From contig JAMXLK010000075.1 in NCBI GenBank assembly GCA_024281075.1, forward strand, positions 397 through 64,396: a DNA stretch of 64,000 nucleotides, in the 5' to 3' direction. Positions 43,339-52,659 of this stretch are shown piece by piece. Below the pieces are notes generated by a model, which had not been told where the DNA came from, ran no database searches, and saw nothing but the letters and a program-made list of their open reading frames with translations. This DNA is from Candidatus Eremiobacteria bacterium (GTDB taxonomy: Bacteria > Vulcanimicrobiota > Vulcanimicrobiia > Vulcanimicrobiales > Vulcanimicrobiaceae). Position 1 is the first letter of the stretch. Each line of letters begins with the position of its first letter. Made by a program: the position numbers and the translations under genes.

Positions 43339-45147
43339 TTGGTTTCATCGGTGCTTCCCGAGAAAGAGACGCTTCCAAACTTAATTCGGAAAGCGCTCGC
43401 GAAACCGCGCGACGAGGTGCTCGTCGAGCGCGTCGCGGGAGAGTGGACGCCGACGTCGAGCGGCCATTTGCTGGAGCGAGTCGAGAACGTTGCTTGTGCG
43501 ATCCGCGACGCCGGTTTGACCGCAGGCGATCGCGTTGCGCTCATCGCTCACAACTGCATCGATTGGATCGTCTGCGACTTTGCGACGTTCTTTGCGGGCT
43601 GCGTCGTCGTCCCGATCTATCCGACCCAAGCGTCCGATCTTACGACTTATATCTTGCAGCATTCCGGCGCGCGACTGCTTTTCGTTGATTCCGCCGAGAC
43701 GCTCGCGCGCTTGCGCGATGGCGGCGCTACGCTTCCGCAAACCGTTCGCTTCGACTCGACCGGCTCCGACGGTCTGGCCGCGTTCGAGGCGCGCGGGGCG
43801 CAGGTGCGCGCGGCGCGTCCCGAGCTCCCGGCCGCGTACGAAGCAACGCTGCTGCCTGACGATCTTGCCGTTCTCATCTACACGTCCGGAACGACCGGCG
43901 GACCCAAAGGCGTGATGCTCTCGCACGATAATCTCGGGTTCGACGCGCGCGTCTCGCTCGAACGGGGATTTGAGGGCATCGAAGGCGGTCGCGACGTGCT
44001 GTCCGTGCTGCCGTATTCGCACATCTACGAACACACGATCGTGTACATCTACCTTATCGCGATGGTGCGCTATTTCATCTGTCACGATCCCAACGAGCTG
44101 CTGGCCGATCTGCGCGACGTCCGCCCCGTCGAAATGACGGCGGTGCCGCGGATCTTCGATCGCGTATTGACCGGCATCAAGGGACAAGCGCGCACCGAGG
44201 GCGGGTTGAAAGCCCGGCTCGTTCCGTGGGCGCTCGCGATTGCGCGGCGCTATGCAGCCGCGATAACCTTCGGTGGAAAAGCGACGCCGTGGTTGCGGCT
44301 CCAGTATGCACTCGCAGAACGCCTCGTGCTCGCGAAAATTCGTCGTACGCTGGGACTCGATCGCCTGCGATTCTTGACCAGCGGCAGTGCGCCGCTGCAT
44401 ATCGATACCGCGATGACCTTCTTGGGTCTCGGAATTTCCATCATGCAAGGCTATGGCCTTACCGAGACCTCTCCAATCGTATCGGTGAGCCGGCTTTCGG
44501 ATAACCAATACGGTGCGGTGGGGCGACCTCCGCGCGGCGTGGAGGTACGCATTGCGGAGGACGGTGAGGTGTTGGTGCGCGGACGCAACGTCATGCAAGG
44601 CTACTACCGCGATCCGCAGGCAACATCTGCGGCGATCGTTGACGGCTGGCTGCACACCGGCGACGTCGGCGAGATCGATGCCGCGGGTTTCTTGCGCATC
44701 ACCGACCGGAAGAACGAAATTTTCAAGACGGGCACGGGAAAATGGGTTTCGCCGGCGCGCATCGAGGCAAGCATCAAGCGCTCCATCTACGTCGTCCACG
44801 CCTTGGTCATCGGCAAAGGGCGGCCGTATCCGATTGCGCTCATCTCGCCGAACTGGCCGCTGCTCCGCCACGAGCTGCCGGATTTGCCGAAGGAGTTGAC
44901 GCCGGAGACGCTGGCGCAGCGCAGTGACGTCCATGCCTTCGTCACCCACGAAGTTCACAAGCAGACGCACGGGCTAGAAACCTACGAACAGATTCGGCGC
45001 GTCATCGTCATACCGCATGACTTCAGCGTCAACGGCGGCGAGCTCTCGCCGTCAATGAAGATCAAACGGCGCGTGGTCGAGACTCGCTACGCGCACGAGA
45101 TCGAGGAGGCTTATGCCCGTGAGGTCCCCGCGCACGCCGCCGTCTAG
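43339..45147 (+). CDS. fadD: Long-chain fatty acid-CoA ligase (AMP-forming)
   Basis: AMP-binding motif (YTSGTTGGPKGVMLSH), QGYGLTE, GWLHTGD. Confidence 0.88.
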   Translation: MVSSVLPEKETLPNLIRKALAKPRDEVLVERVAGEWTPTSSGHLLERVENVACAIRDAGLTAGDRVALIAHNCIDWIVCDFATFFAGCVVVPIYPTQASDLTTYILQHSGARLLFVDSAETLARLRDGGATLPQTVRFDSTGSDGLAAFEARGAQVRAARPELPAAYEATLLPDDLAVLIYTSGTTGGPKGVMLSHDNLGFDARVSLERGFEGIEGGRDVLSVLPYSHIYEHTIVYIYLIAMVRYFICHDPNELLADLRDVRPVEMTAVPRIFDRVLTGIKGQARTEGGLKARLVPWALAIARRYAAAITFGGKATPWLRLQYALAERLVLAKIRRTLGLDRLRFLTSGSAPLHIDTAMTFLGLGISIMQGYGLTETSPIVSVSRLSDNQYGAVGRPPRGVEVRIAEDGEVLVRGRNVMQGYYRDPQATSAAIVDGWLHTGDVGEIDAAGFLRITDRKNEIFKTGTGKWVSPARIEASIKRSIYVVHALVIGKGRPYPIALISPNWPLLRHELPDLPKELTPETLAQRSDVHAFVTHEVHKQTHGLETYEQIRRVIVIPHDFSVNGGELSPSMKIKRRVVETRYAHEIEEAYAREVPAHAAV

Positions 45148-45523
45148 CGCCGGCCATCCGATCGACGATGTCGTTCGCGGCCCGATCAAGAGCAAGACGG
45201 TCTTCCCCGCGTTGCTGCTTCATCTGATCGAGCGGCGTCCGGACCACGGCTACGGCTTGATGCAGCGAATCGAGGATCTTTGCGGCGATTTGGTCGCCGT
45301 CAATACCAATAAGATCTATCCATTGCTGCGCCGGTTGGAAGAGCGAGGCTTCGTAAGCGCGTCATGGGATCACCCAACCAAGCGCTCGCGGCGCGTCTAC
45401 GCCATCACGCCGCAAGGCGAAGAGCGCCTCAAGCGCATCAAGGGCCTCATGTGGCCGTACCTCGATTCGATCTCCGGTGCAATCATGCGGCTGAAGAACG
45501 AGCTCTACGGATCGGCCAAGTAG
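45113..45523 (+). CDS. PadR-family transcriptional regulator
   Basis: PadR winged-helix signature (HGYGLMQRI..IYPLLRRLEERGFV). Confidence 0.88.
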   Translation: MPVRSPRTPPSSAGHPIDDVVRGPIKSKTVFPALLLHLIERRPDHGYGLMQRIEDLCGDLVAVNTNKIYPLLRRLEERGFVSASWDHPTKRSRRVYAITPQGEERLKRIKGLMWPYLDSISGAIMRLKNELYGSAK

Positions 45524-45536
45524 TTTTGAAGCAACT

Positions 45537-47135
45537 TTGATGCTTCGGCGTGAACCCGCGGCAGGAGCGGCGTATCGTGCTGCAATATTCGCGGTCTCCA
45601 GGTTGAGAACTCCGCGGCGCAACTTCTTGCCGTCGCTCGCATTGCTTGCGAGCTTCTTCGTGCTGTGCCCGTGCACGCCCGGGATCGCCAAACAGGCGCC
45701 GCCTCCGTCAACGCCCGATGCCGTCACGCATCACACGATCGGCTTGGGAGGCCGGACGTTTGCCTACACGGCGCGCGCCGGAACGATCACGCTGCGCAAC
45801 GGCGAGGACGAGCCGATCGCGCGCGTCTTTTATACCGCGTACACGCTCGACGGCGCGAGCCCGTCGCACCGCGCCGTCACGTTTCTTTATAACGGCGGTC
45901 CGGGCAGCTCGACGATGTGGCTGCGGATGGGTTCCTTCGGCCCCGTGCGCGTCGCGACGGCGGACGGAAGACTCACCGGGCCGCCGCCGTACCACGTCGT
46001 CGACAACCGATATTCGCTGCTCGATCGCACCGATCTCGTCTTTATCGACATGCCGGGCAGCGGCTTTGGCCGCATCGTCGGAGCGGGCACGCGGAAAGAT
46101 CTTTGGGGCGTGGATCAGGACGCCGACGCATTCGCGCAGTTTATCCAGCGTTACATAACGCGGTTTAACCGTTGGAACTCTCCGCGCTTTCTCTTCGGTG
46201 AGTCGTACGGCACGATGCGTTCCGCGGTGCTCGCGAAGAAACTTCAGGACGACGGCATTTCGCTCAACGGCGTAGTTTTGCTCTCGTCCTTCCTTAATTC
46301 GGAGATCGACTACAACGACGGCGCGCCGATTGGCGGCGGCGACTGGGGTTACGTGCTCTATCTGCCGACCGAAGCCGCGACGGCATGGTACCATCACGTC
46401 TTGCCGGGATCGCCGTCGCTTTCGGTCTTGCTGCCCGAAGTCCAGAACTTCGCGCTCACCGAATACCTCCAAGCGCTCGCTGCCGGCGCGCTGCTCTCGC
46501 CCGATCGCTACGCCGACGTCGTTGCGAAGCTCCATCGATATACCGGGCTCTCGGAAGATTACATTCGCAAGTCGAATTTGCGCGTGCCGTACGACCGCTT
46601 TCAAAACGAGGTGCTGCGTCAGCGCGGCGTGACGGTCGGGCGCATCGATTCGAGATTTTCGACCTACGTGATCGATCGGCCGGAGATTTCCCCCGACTGG
46701 GATGCGACCGATGCCGCGATCGATTCGGCCTTCGTCACGACGAGCAACGATTATCTGCGGCAAACGCTCGGATACCATACGCCGTTGCTCTATCGCGGCG
46801 AGATCTATAACTTGATTTACGCCAACGGTGAGACGTGGGATTTCAAGCACGGCGCCAACGCGCAGTCGCTCAACGTCGTGCCGGATCTCGCGCAGGCCAT
46901 GACCTACAATCCGCACTTAAAGATTTTTTCCGCAAACGGCTACTACGATTTTGCGACGCCGTTCTTCGCAACCGTTTTTGCCCTCAATCACCTCAACCTG
47001 GCGCCGCCGCTGCAAAGCAACATCACCTATGGTTTTTACGACTCGGGGCATATGGTCTATCTCCATCCTAACGCCCTGGCGCGCTTCCACGACGACTTGG
47101 AACGCTGGTACGCGAGGTCGTTGGCGCATGCGTGA
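45537..47135 (+). CDS. S10-family serine carboxypeptidase, paralogue 1
   Basis: LYNGGPGSSTMWLRMG and GESYG nucleophile motifs. The N-terminus has a Tat-like TPRRNFL motif followed by a hydrophobic segment. Confidence 0.85.
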   Translation: MMLRREPAAGAAYRAAIFAVSRLRTPRRNFLPSLALLASFFVLCPCTPGIAKQAPPPSTPDAVTHHTIGLGGRTFAYTARAGTITLRNGEDEPIARVFYTAYTLDGASPSHRAVTFLYNGGPGSSTMWLRMGSFGPVRVATADGRLTGPPPYHVVDNRYSLLDRTDLVFIDMPGSGFGRIVGAGTRKDLWGVDQDADAFAQFIQRYITRFNRWNSPRFLFGESYGTMRSAVLAKKLQDDGISLNGVVLLSSFLNSEIDYNDGAPIGGGDWGYVLYLPTEAATAWYHHVLPGSPSLSVLLPEVQNFALTEYLQALAAGALLSPDRYADVVAKLHRYTGLSEDYIRKSNLRVPYDRFQNEVLRQRGVTVGRIDSRFSTYVIDRPEISPDWDATDAAIDSAFVTTSNDYLRQTLGYHTPLLYRGEIYNLIYANGETWDFKHGANAQSLNVVPDLAQAMTYNPHLKIFSANGYYDFATPFFATVFALNHLNLAPPLQSNITYGFYDSGHMVYLHPNALARFHDDLERWYARSLAHA

Positions 47136-48636
47136 ACTGCTCTACGCGATCGCCGCGAGCGCGCTCATCGCCGCGGCACCGGCAACGCCGAAGCCGGAGC
47201 CGTCGGGAACTTATCCGCCCGATGCCGTCAGCACACACACGCTGGCGCTCGCGGGTAAGTCGTATGCGTACACCGCACGCGCCGGCACGATTGCGCTGGA
47301 GAACGAGAAAGGCGACACGACGGCGCGGATGTTCTACACCGCGTTCACGCTCGACGGCGCCGATCCGCGAACGCGGCCGGTAACCTTTCTGTACAACGGC
47401 GGCCCGGGCAGCTCGACGATTTGGCTGCGCATGGGCTCGTTTGGACCGGTGCGCGTGCAAGCCGGCGATGCGGCGCCGACGCCGAACGCGCCGTTCAATC
47501 TCGTCGACAATCAGTATTCGCTGCTGGACCGCACGGATTTAGTCTTCGTGGACGCACCGGCGACCGGGTTCAGCCGTATCGTGGGCGCCGGAAAGCCGTC
47601 CGATTTCTTTGGGGTTGATCCCGACGTCAAAGCCTTCGCGCAATTTGTGACGCGCTACCTGAATCAATTTGGACGTTGGAACTCGCCGAAGTTTCTTTTC
47701 GGCGAGTCGTACGGAACGCCGCGCTCGGCCATGCTGGTCAATGCGCTGCAGCGAGAGGGTGTCGGCATCAACGGCGTCGTGCTGCTTTCATCGGTGCTCG
47801 ACTTTTCGCTCGATTGGAGCATCAATTTCAGCCCGTCGCCGATCGGCGGCAACGACTGGGCCTCGGTGCTGTACTTGCCGACTGAGGCCGCCGCGTCGTG
47901 GTACCATCACAGGCTTCCGGGAGCGCCCGCAACCCTGAGTGCGTTTCTGCCGCAGGTCGAAGATTTTGCGATGAACGAGTATCTGCTTGCGCTCGCGCAA
48001 GGCGCGAAGCTCGCGCCGAGTGAGTATGCCGACGTCGTGTCAAAACTCCATCAATATACCGGACTTTCGGAGCAGTTCATTCGGCAGTCGAACCTTCGCA
48101 TTCCGTATGGACGCTATCAAACCGAAGTGCTTCGTGAATCCGGCGTGGCGACGGGCCGTCTCGACGCGCGATATACTTCCGTGGCGCTCGATCGCATCTC
48201 GGATTCCATGGATTTCGATCCGACGGATGCCTCGATCGACGCCGCGTACGTTGGCGCCGGCAACTATTACGTCCGTCAGGTGCTGGGGTACCAGACGACG
48301 CTCGTCTACCGGCCGATCGCGCCGCTCTTTCGGCAATGGGAATGGAAGCATAACGACAACGTTCCCGTGAATACCGCGCAAGATTTGGCGGCCGCGATGG
48401 CCTTCAACCCGAATCTACGGATCTTTTCGGCGAGCGGGTACTACGATTTTGCGACACCGTTCTACGCGACCGTGTACACCCTCAATCACTTGATGGTTCC
48501 ATCCACGCTGCAGAAGAACATCAGTTACGGATTTTACGAGGCCGGACACATGGTCTACGTGCACCCCGAGGCGCTCGCGCAGTTTCACGCCGACCTCGAG
48601 AACTGGTACGCTCAGACGTTAAATTCCGGCCGCTGA
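47128..48636 (+). CDS. S10-family serine carboxypeptidase, paralogue 2
   Basis: Same motifs (LYNGGPGSSTIWLRMG, GESYG). ATG 47128 (MRELLYAIAASALIAAAPA signal peptide) overlaps the paralogue 1 stop by 8 nt. Confidence 0.85.
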   Translation: MRELLYAIAASALIAAAPATPKPEPSGTYPPDAVSTHTLALAGKSYAYTARAGTIALENEKGDTTARMFYTAFTLDGADPRTRPVTFLYNGGPGSSTIWLRMGSFGPVRVQAGDAAPTPNAPFNLVDNQYSLLDRTDLVFVDAPATGFSRIVGAGKPSDFFGVDPDVKAFAQFVTRYLNQFGRWNSPKFLFGESYGTPRSAMLVNALQREGVGINGVVLLSSVLDFSLDWSINFSPSPIGGNDWASVLYLPTEAAASWYHHRLPGAPATLSAFLPQVEDFAMNEYLLALAQGAKLAPSEYADVVSKLHQYTGLSEQFIRQSNLRIPYGRYQTEVLRESGVATGRLDARYTSVALDRISDSMDFDPTDASIDAAYVGAGNYYVRQVLGYQTTLVYRPIAPLFRQWEWKHNDNVPVNTAQDLAAAMAFNPNLRIFSASGYYDFATPFYATVYTLNHLMVPSTLQKNISYGFYEAGHMVYVHPEALAQFHADLENWYAQTLNSGR

Positions 48637-51612
48637 GAGGGTCCGGCGATAGATCGCCTCGAGTTTTCCGTACGCGGTGCGCATCGTCGGCGTCGGTGCG
48701 GCATCGGCGCTCTGAGCGGCGCTCTCCAGGGCGTCGAGCTGGCCTTCCAAATAGAGAAAGCTGCTGAGATCGTGCGAGTACACGCCCATCGAATCGTCCG
48801 GATTCTCGGGCGCCTCTTCGCCGACGACGTCCCGCCGATATGCGCTCGCGTGCTCGCCGGTTAGGCCTTTCGCCGTCGCTTCGGCCTTTGCGCGCGATGC
48901 CCCGACCTCGGCGCGTAACGCGATGACCTGCCGCGTAAAGTCATACTGCGCGCGCAGATCGGCGTCCGAAGCAACGATTCTCGGATCGCGCAAGACGTGC
49001 ACGGTTCGCTCGTAGGTATGCCCGTTCACGGCGAGCCGAATCGTGTACGAGCCGGGTGGAAGCAGCGGTCCGTCCGGACTCTTTTCGTGGAAATCCCAAA
49101 CGAAGCGATGCGCGCCCGATTCGGCGGTCGGTACCGGATGTTGCGGAAGCCAACGCGGTAGGAAGGTAATCGACTTCGGGTCGACCGGTTTGGGCGGATT
49201 CGCGCTCGACCAATGACGCACGACGCTGCCGTCGCTCGCAATGACGTCCAGAACGACGGGCGTGTGCGGAACGCCGGCGAGATAGTAATCGACGTAAACT
49301 CCGTCCGGCGCATTTTCGGCCTGCGGCTCGTCGACGGGCAGCGGCGTTCCTTCCTGATTCGCCGGCCGCAGCCGGTACGCACTCGCCGGCGCGAAGAGAT
49401 ACGCACCATCCGCGGCGAGCGCATCGCCCATTTGACGCAACGGCGTGATGTCGTCCATCACCCAAAAAGCGCGACCGTGCGTCGCGATGACGAGATCGTC
49501 GCCATGCACTTCGATGTCGCGGATCGAGGTCATCGGTAAGTTGAGTTGCAACGGCTGCCACACTGCGCCGTCATCGAACGAGATGTAGACGCCGCGTTCC
49601 GTGCCCGCGTACAGAAGGCCGCGCCGTACCGGATCCTCCCGCACGGCGTTGACGAAGGCGCCGTTGGGAATGCCGTTTGCAATCGCGGTCCACGTCGCGC
49701 CGCCGTCGCGCGTGCGGTAAATGTACGGCCGGTAATCGTCGAGGCGATGCCGGTCGATCGCGGCGTACGCGATCGCGGCGTCGAAATGGGAAGGTTCGAT
49801 GATGCCGACTTTGCTCCACGCCGTCAGCTGAGGCGGAGTCACGTTGTGCCAAGTGTGTGTGCCGTCACGCGTTACCCAAACGTAGCCGTCATCGGTTCCG
49901 GCCCACACCAGATCGGCACGCAGCGGTGACGGCGCGATCGCGTAGACAACTCCGTGGCGCTGCACGTTATTGTTGTCGGCTAGCGTCGCGGGATCGAGGT
50001 TTGACGGCGTTCCCTCGTTGGGCCGGGAGAGATCGGGGCTCACGATGTGCCACGTGGCGCCGCCGTCGCGCGAACGAAAGATATTTTGATGAGAGAGATA
50101 GAGCGATTGACGATCGGCCGGTGAGAATGCAATGGGAAGCGTCCAGGTATTGCGCCAGACCGTCTCCGGATGCGCGATCGTGGGGTCGATACTCTGTTCC
50201 CAACCGGTCGCCGGAATCTCGCGCGTCGGGCTGAACCCGGAACCATACACGATGCTGGGATGACGCGGATCGGGCGCGAGTGCGCCGCTTTCGCCGCCGA
50301 CGTCGAGCGGCCGGAAATCCTGGTTTGAAATGGTTCCATAACGCCCGCGGCTCGTCGCCATCGCGGCGCCGGAATCTTGCTGGGCGCCGTATGCATTATA
50401 CGGAAACGCTTTGTCGGTGGCTACGTGATAGAACTGCGCCGTCGGCTGGTTGTACCACGAGCTCCAGGTCTTTGCGCCGTTGACGGTTACGATTGTGCCT
50501 TGATCGCTGCACAAAATCATCCGGTTGGAATCGTTCGGATCGATCCAGAGTGCGTGAAAGTCGGGGCCGGTCGGATCGCCGATGAGTGCCTCGAAACTTT
50601 TGCCGCCGTCCGCCGAACGATACGTCGACGTGTTCATGACGTAGACGACGTCGGGATTGCGCGGGTCGGCCGTGATGCCGCTAAAGTACCAGCCGCGTTG
50701 CCAGAGGCGCTTCGCCCCGTTCTCGAGCGTCCACGTAGCGCCGGCATCGTCGGAGCGATAAATGCCGCCGAGTTTCGGCGGACTGTCCACGTTTGCGTAA
50801 ATGCGATGCGGCGCCGCGGCGGAGATCGAAAGGCCGATGTGTCCGACGTGCGCGGGAAGCCCGGTTGTGAGTTGCGTCCAACTCGCGCCGCCGTCGATGG
50901 TTTTGTATAGACCGCTACCCGGCCCGTTCGACGGCGGATACACGTTCCACGGCGGCCGGCGCGTTTGCCACAGCGCTGCATAGACCACGTTCGGATTGTC
51001 GGGCGCCATCGCGAGCGATATTGCACCGACGTCGGGACCTTTGTACAGAACCTTCGCCCACGTTTTTCCACCGTCGGTCGTCTTGAAGACGCCACGGTCC
51101 GCATTGGGTCCATATGGCCGGCCGAGCGCCGCGACGTACGCGACGCCGGCATCGTGCGGATCGACGACGATCGCACCGATTTGTTTGGTGTCGGCTAACC
51201 CGACGTGTGTCCAGCTCTTGCCGCCGTCGACCGATTTGTAAACGCCGTCGCCGTACGCGATATCGGAGCGCATATCGGCTTCGCCGGTTCCGACGTACAG
51301 CACGCGCGGATTGCTGGGCGCAACGGCGATCGCACCGATCGACGCAATCGACTGATCGTCGAAAATTGGGTTCCACGTTCGTCCGGCATCGAGCGTTTCC
51401 CAAACGCCGCCGTCGACCGCACCGAAATAGAAGTGGTTCGGTTCGCCCGGCACCCCGGCGACCGCAAGCGCTCTACCGCCGCGGAAGGGCCCGATCAGCC
51501 GCCAATGCAGACCGCTGAGATATGATGGCGCAATCGCGGCCGCGCCGGCCGGAACGATTGCGCCGTAGGCAATGAGTACGCACGTGAAGCATACGGCAAA
51601 GAGACGTCGCAT
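48619..51612 (-). CDS. Secreted BNR/Asp-box repeat protein (sortilin/VPS10-like double propeller)
   Basis: Signal peptide and about 10 Asp-box-like repeats (DAGRTW, VDGGKSW, TDGGKTW, IDGGASW, DDAGATW, ADGGKSF, RDGGATW, RDGTHTW, RDGGATW). Confidence 0.85.
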   Translation of the reverse strand: MRRLFAVCFTCVLIAYGAIVPAGAAAIAPSYLSGLHWRLIGPFRGGRALAVAGVPGEPNHFYFGAVDGGVWETLDAGRTWNPIFDDQSIASIGAIAVAPSNPRVLYVGTGEADMRSDIAYGDGVYKSVDGGKSWTHVGLADTKQIGAIVVDPHDAGVAYVAALGRPYGPNADRGVFKTTDGGKTWAKVLYKGPDVGAISLAMAPDNPNVVYAALWQTRRPPWNVYPPSNGPGSGLYKTIDGGASWTQLTTGLPAHVGHIGLSISAAAPHRIYANVDSPPKLGGIYRSDDAGATWTLENGAKRLWQRGWYFSGITADPRNPDVVYVMNTSTYRSADGGKSFEALIGDPTGPDFHALWIDPNDSNRMILCSDQGTIVTVNGAKTWSSWYNQPTAQFYHVATDKAFPYNAYGAQQDSGAAMATSRGRYGTISNQDFRPLDVGGESGALAPDPRHPSIVYGSGFSPTREIPATGWEQSIDPTIAHPETVWRNTWTLPIAFSPADRQSLYLSHQNIFRSRDGGATWHIVSPDLSRPNEGTPSNLDPATLADNNNVQRHGVVYAIAPSPLRADLVWAGTDDGYVWVTRDGTHTWHNVTPPQLTAWSKVGIIEPSHFDAAIAYAAIDRHRLDDYRPYIYRTRDGGATWTAIANGIPNGAFVNAVREDPVRRGLLYAGTERGVYISFDDGAVWQPLQLNLPMTSIRDIEVHGDDLVIATHGRAFWVMDDITPLRQMGDALAADGAYLFAPASAYRLRPANQEGTPLPVDEPQAENAPDGVYVDYYLAGVPHTPVVLDVIASDGSVVRHWSSANPPKPVDPKSITFLPRWLPQHPVPTAESGAHRFVWDFHEKSPDGPLLPPGSYTIRLAVNGHTYERTVHVLRDPRIVASDADLRAQYDFTRQVIALRAEVGASRAKAEATAKGLTGEHASAYRRDVVGEEAPENPDDSMGVYSHDLSSFLYLEGQLDALESAAQSADAAPTPTMRTAYGKLEAIYRRTLSAAGI

Positions 51613-51618
51613 AGACGC

Positions 51619-52620
51619 CTACCATCCGCCGCCGCTGTCGCCGCCTCCCCCGCTGAAATCGCCGCCGCCCGAATCGCCGCCGAATCCGCCGCCGCTCCAA
51701 TCGCCGCTGCTGGCCGATCCCATATCGGGTTGCCCCGCATCCGATTGCCATCCACCCGAATCGGCCGCACCCCAACCGCCGCCGGTATCTGATGGGAGTT
51801 GTCCGGCTTGCGTCGGCGCAACGCCACCGCCGCCGCGAAAAAGTTCGTTGCCCAGCCACGCGCCGCCGAGCCCGCCGAGCAGGCCGCTCCAAAAGCTTCC
51901 GCCGCCGCCGTAGCCGCCGTATCCGTATCCGGGACCATAGCCCGGTGCGCCGGGCGGCGGTGCGCCGGGCGCCCCGGGCGCCCCGCCGTAATATCGCGGC
52001 GCCGACATCGCGCGCAGTATCGAGCGCAACACGAGAAAGGCGACGACTGCAATGATGATCCACCAGAACATCGAGATGTGTAATCCTCCGGTTTGCCCGC
52101 CGCCGGATGCCGCAAGCGGTGCATTTGCCGCTCGCCCTTGCAGGCTTCCGGTGTGCGCGCGATAGACGTTCAGAACGGCATCGACGGCGCCGGTGATACC
52201 GGCATCGTAATTCCCATCGCGGAATTGGTTCTCCATCGCCGTGCGAATCGAACGCAGCACGTCGGGAGTGAACCATCCTGCGCGTGCGCCGGCGCGATCG
52301 GGCACGATAATGTCGCGCCGATCGTCGCGGGCGATGAAAATTAGTACGCCGTTGACGTTCTGTTGGGAGAACGCCGTGCTCGCCGCATCGGTGAGGGTCG
52401 CTCCGCCAAGCGATGCAGTCGTAACGACGACTATTTCTTTACCGGTTTGCGAGTTGAAGTTGCCGATTCGATCGTTGAGCTGTGCGACGGTCGACGCCGA
52501 GAACATGCCCGCCTGGTCCTGTACGAATTGGCGTGCCCCGGCCGGCAAGGCTGGCGGGATTGCGATCAACGCCGCTGCGGCGCCGGCAAGCAATCGGTTT
52601 CGAATCGCGATGGCGTTCAT
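51619..52620 (-). CDS. TPM-domain protein with TM and Gly-rich C-terminal tail (YgcG-like)
   Basis: Signal/TM, TPM phosphatase-like domain (VQDQAGMFS..TGKEIVVVTT..NGVLIFIARDDR), a TM segment, then a GGGG/GGW low-complexity tail. ATG 52620 chosen. Confidence 0.85.
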   Translation of the reverse strand: MNAIAIRNRLLAGAAAALIAIPPALPAGARQFVQDQAGMFSASTVAQLNDRIGNFNSQTGKEIVVVTTASLGGATLTDAASTAFSQQNVNGVLIFIARDDRRDIIVPDRAGARAGWFTPDVLRSIRTAMENQFRDGNYDAGITGAVDAVLNVYRAHTGSLQGRAANAPLAASGGGQTGGLHISMFWWIIIAVVAFLVLRSILRAMSAPRYYGGAPGAPGAPPPGAPGYGPGYGYGGYGGGGSFWSGLLGGLGGAWLGNELFRGGGGVAPTQAGQLPSDTGGGWGAADSGGWQSDAGQPDMGSASSGDWSGGGFGGDSGGGDFSGGGGDSGGGW

Positions 52621-52659
52621 GCGAAGTTCTACTATCCTTTCGAGTCGAAGTTTCCCCTT

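Noticed and set aside
51619-51950. Gly-rich repetitive 3' part of the TPM gene, considered as a nucleotide tandem repeat or a separate gene.
   Set aside because: It is in frame with the TPM domain and the TM segment. The TPM, TM and Gly-rich tail architecture is the known YgcG-like layout. The repeats are imperfect at the DNA level.
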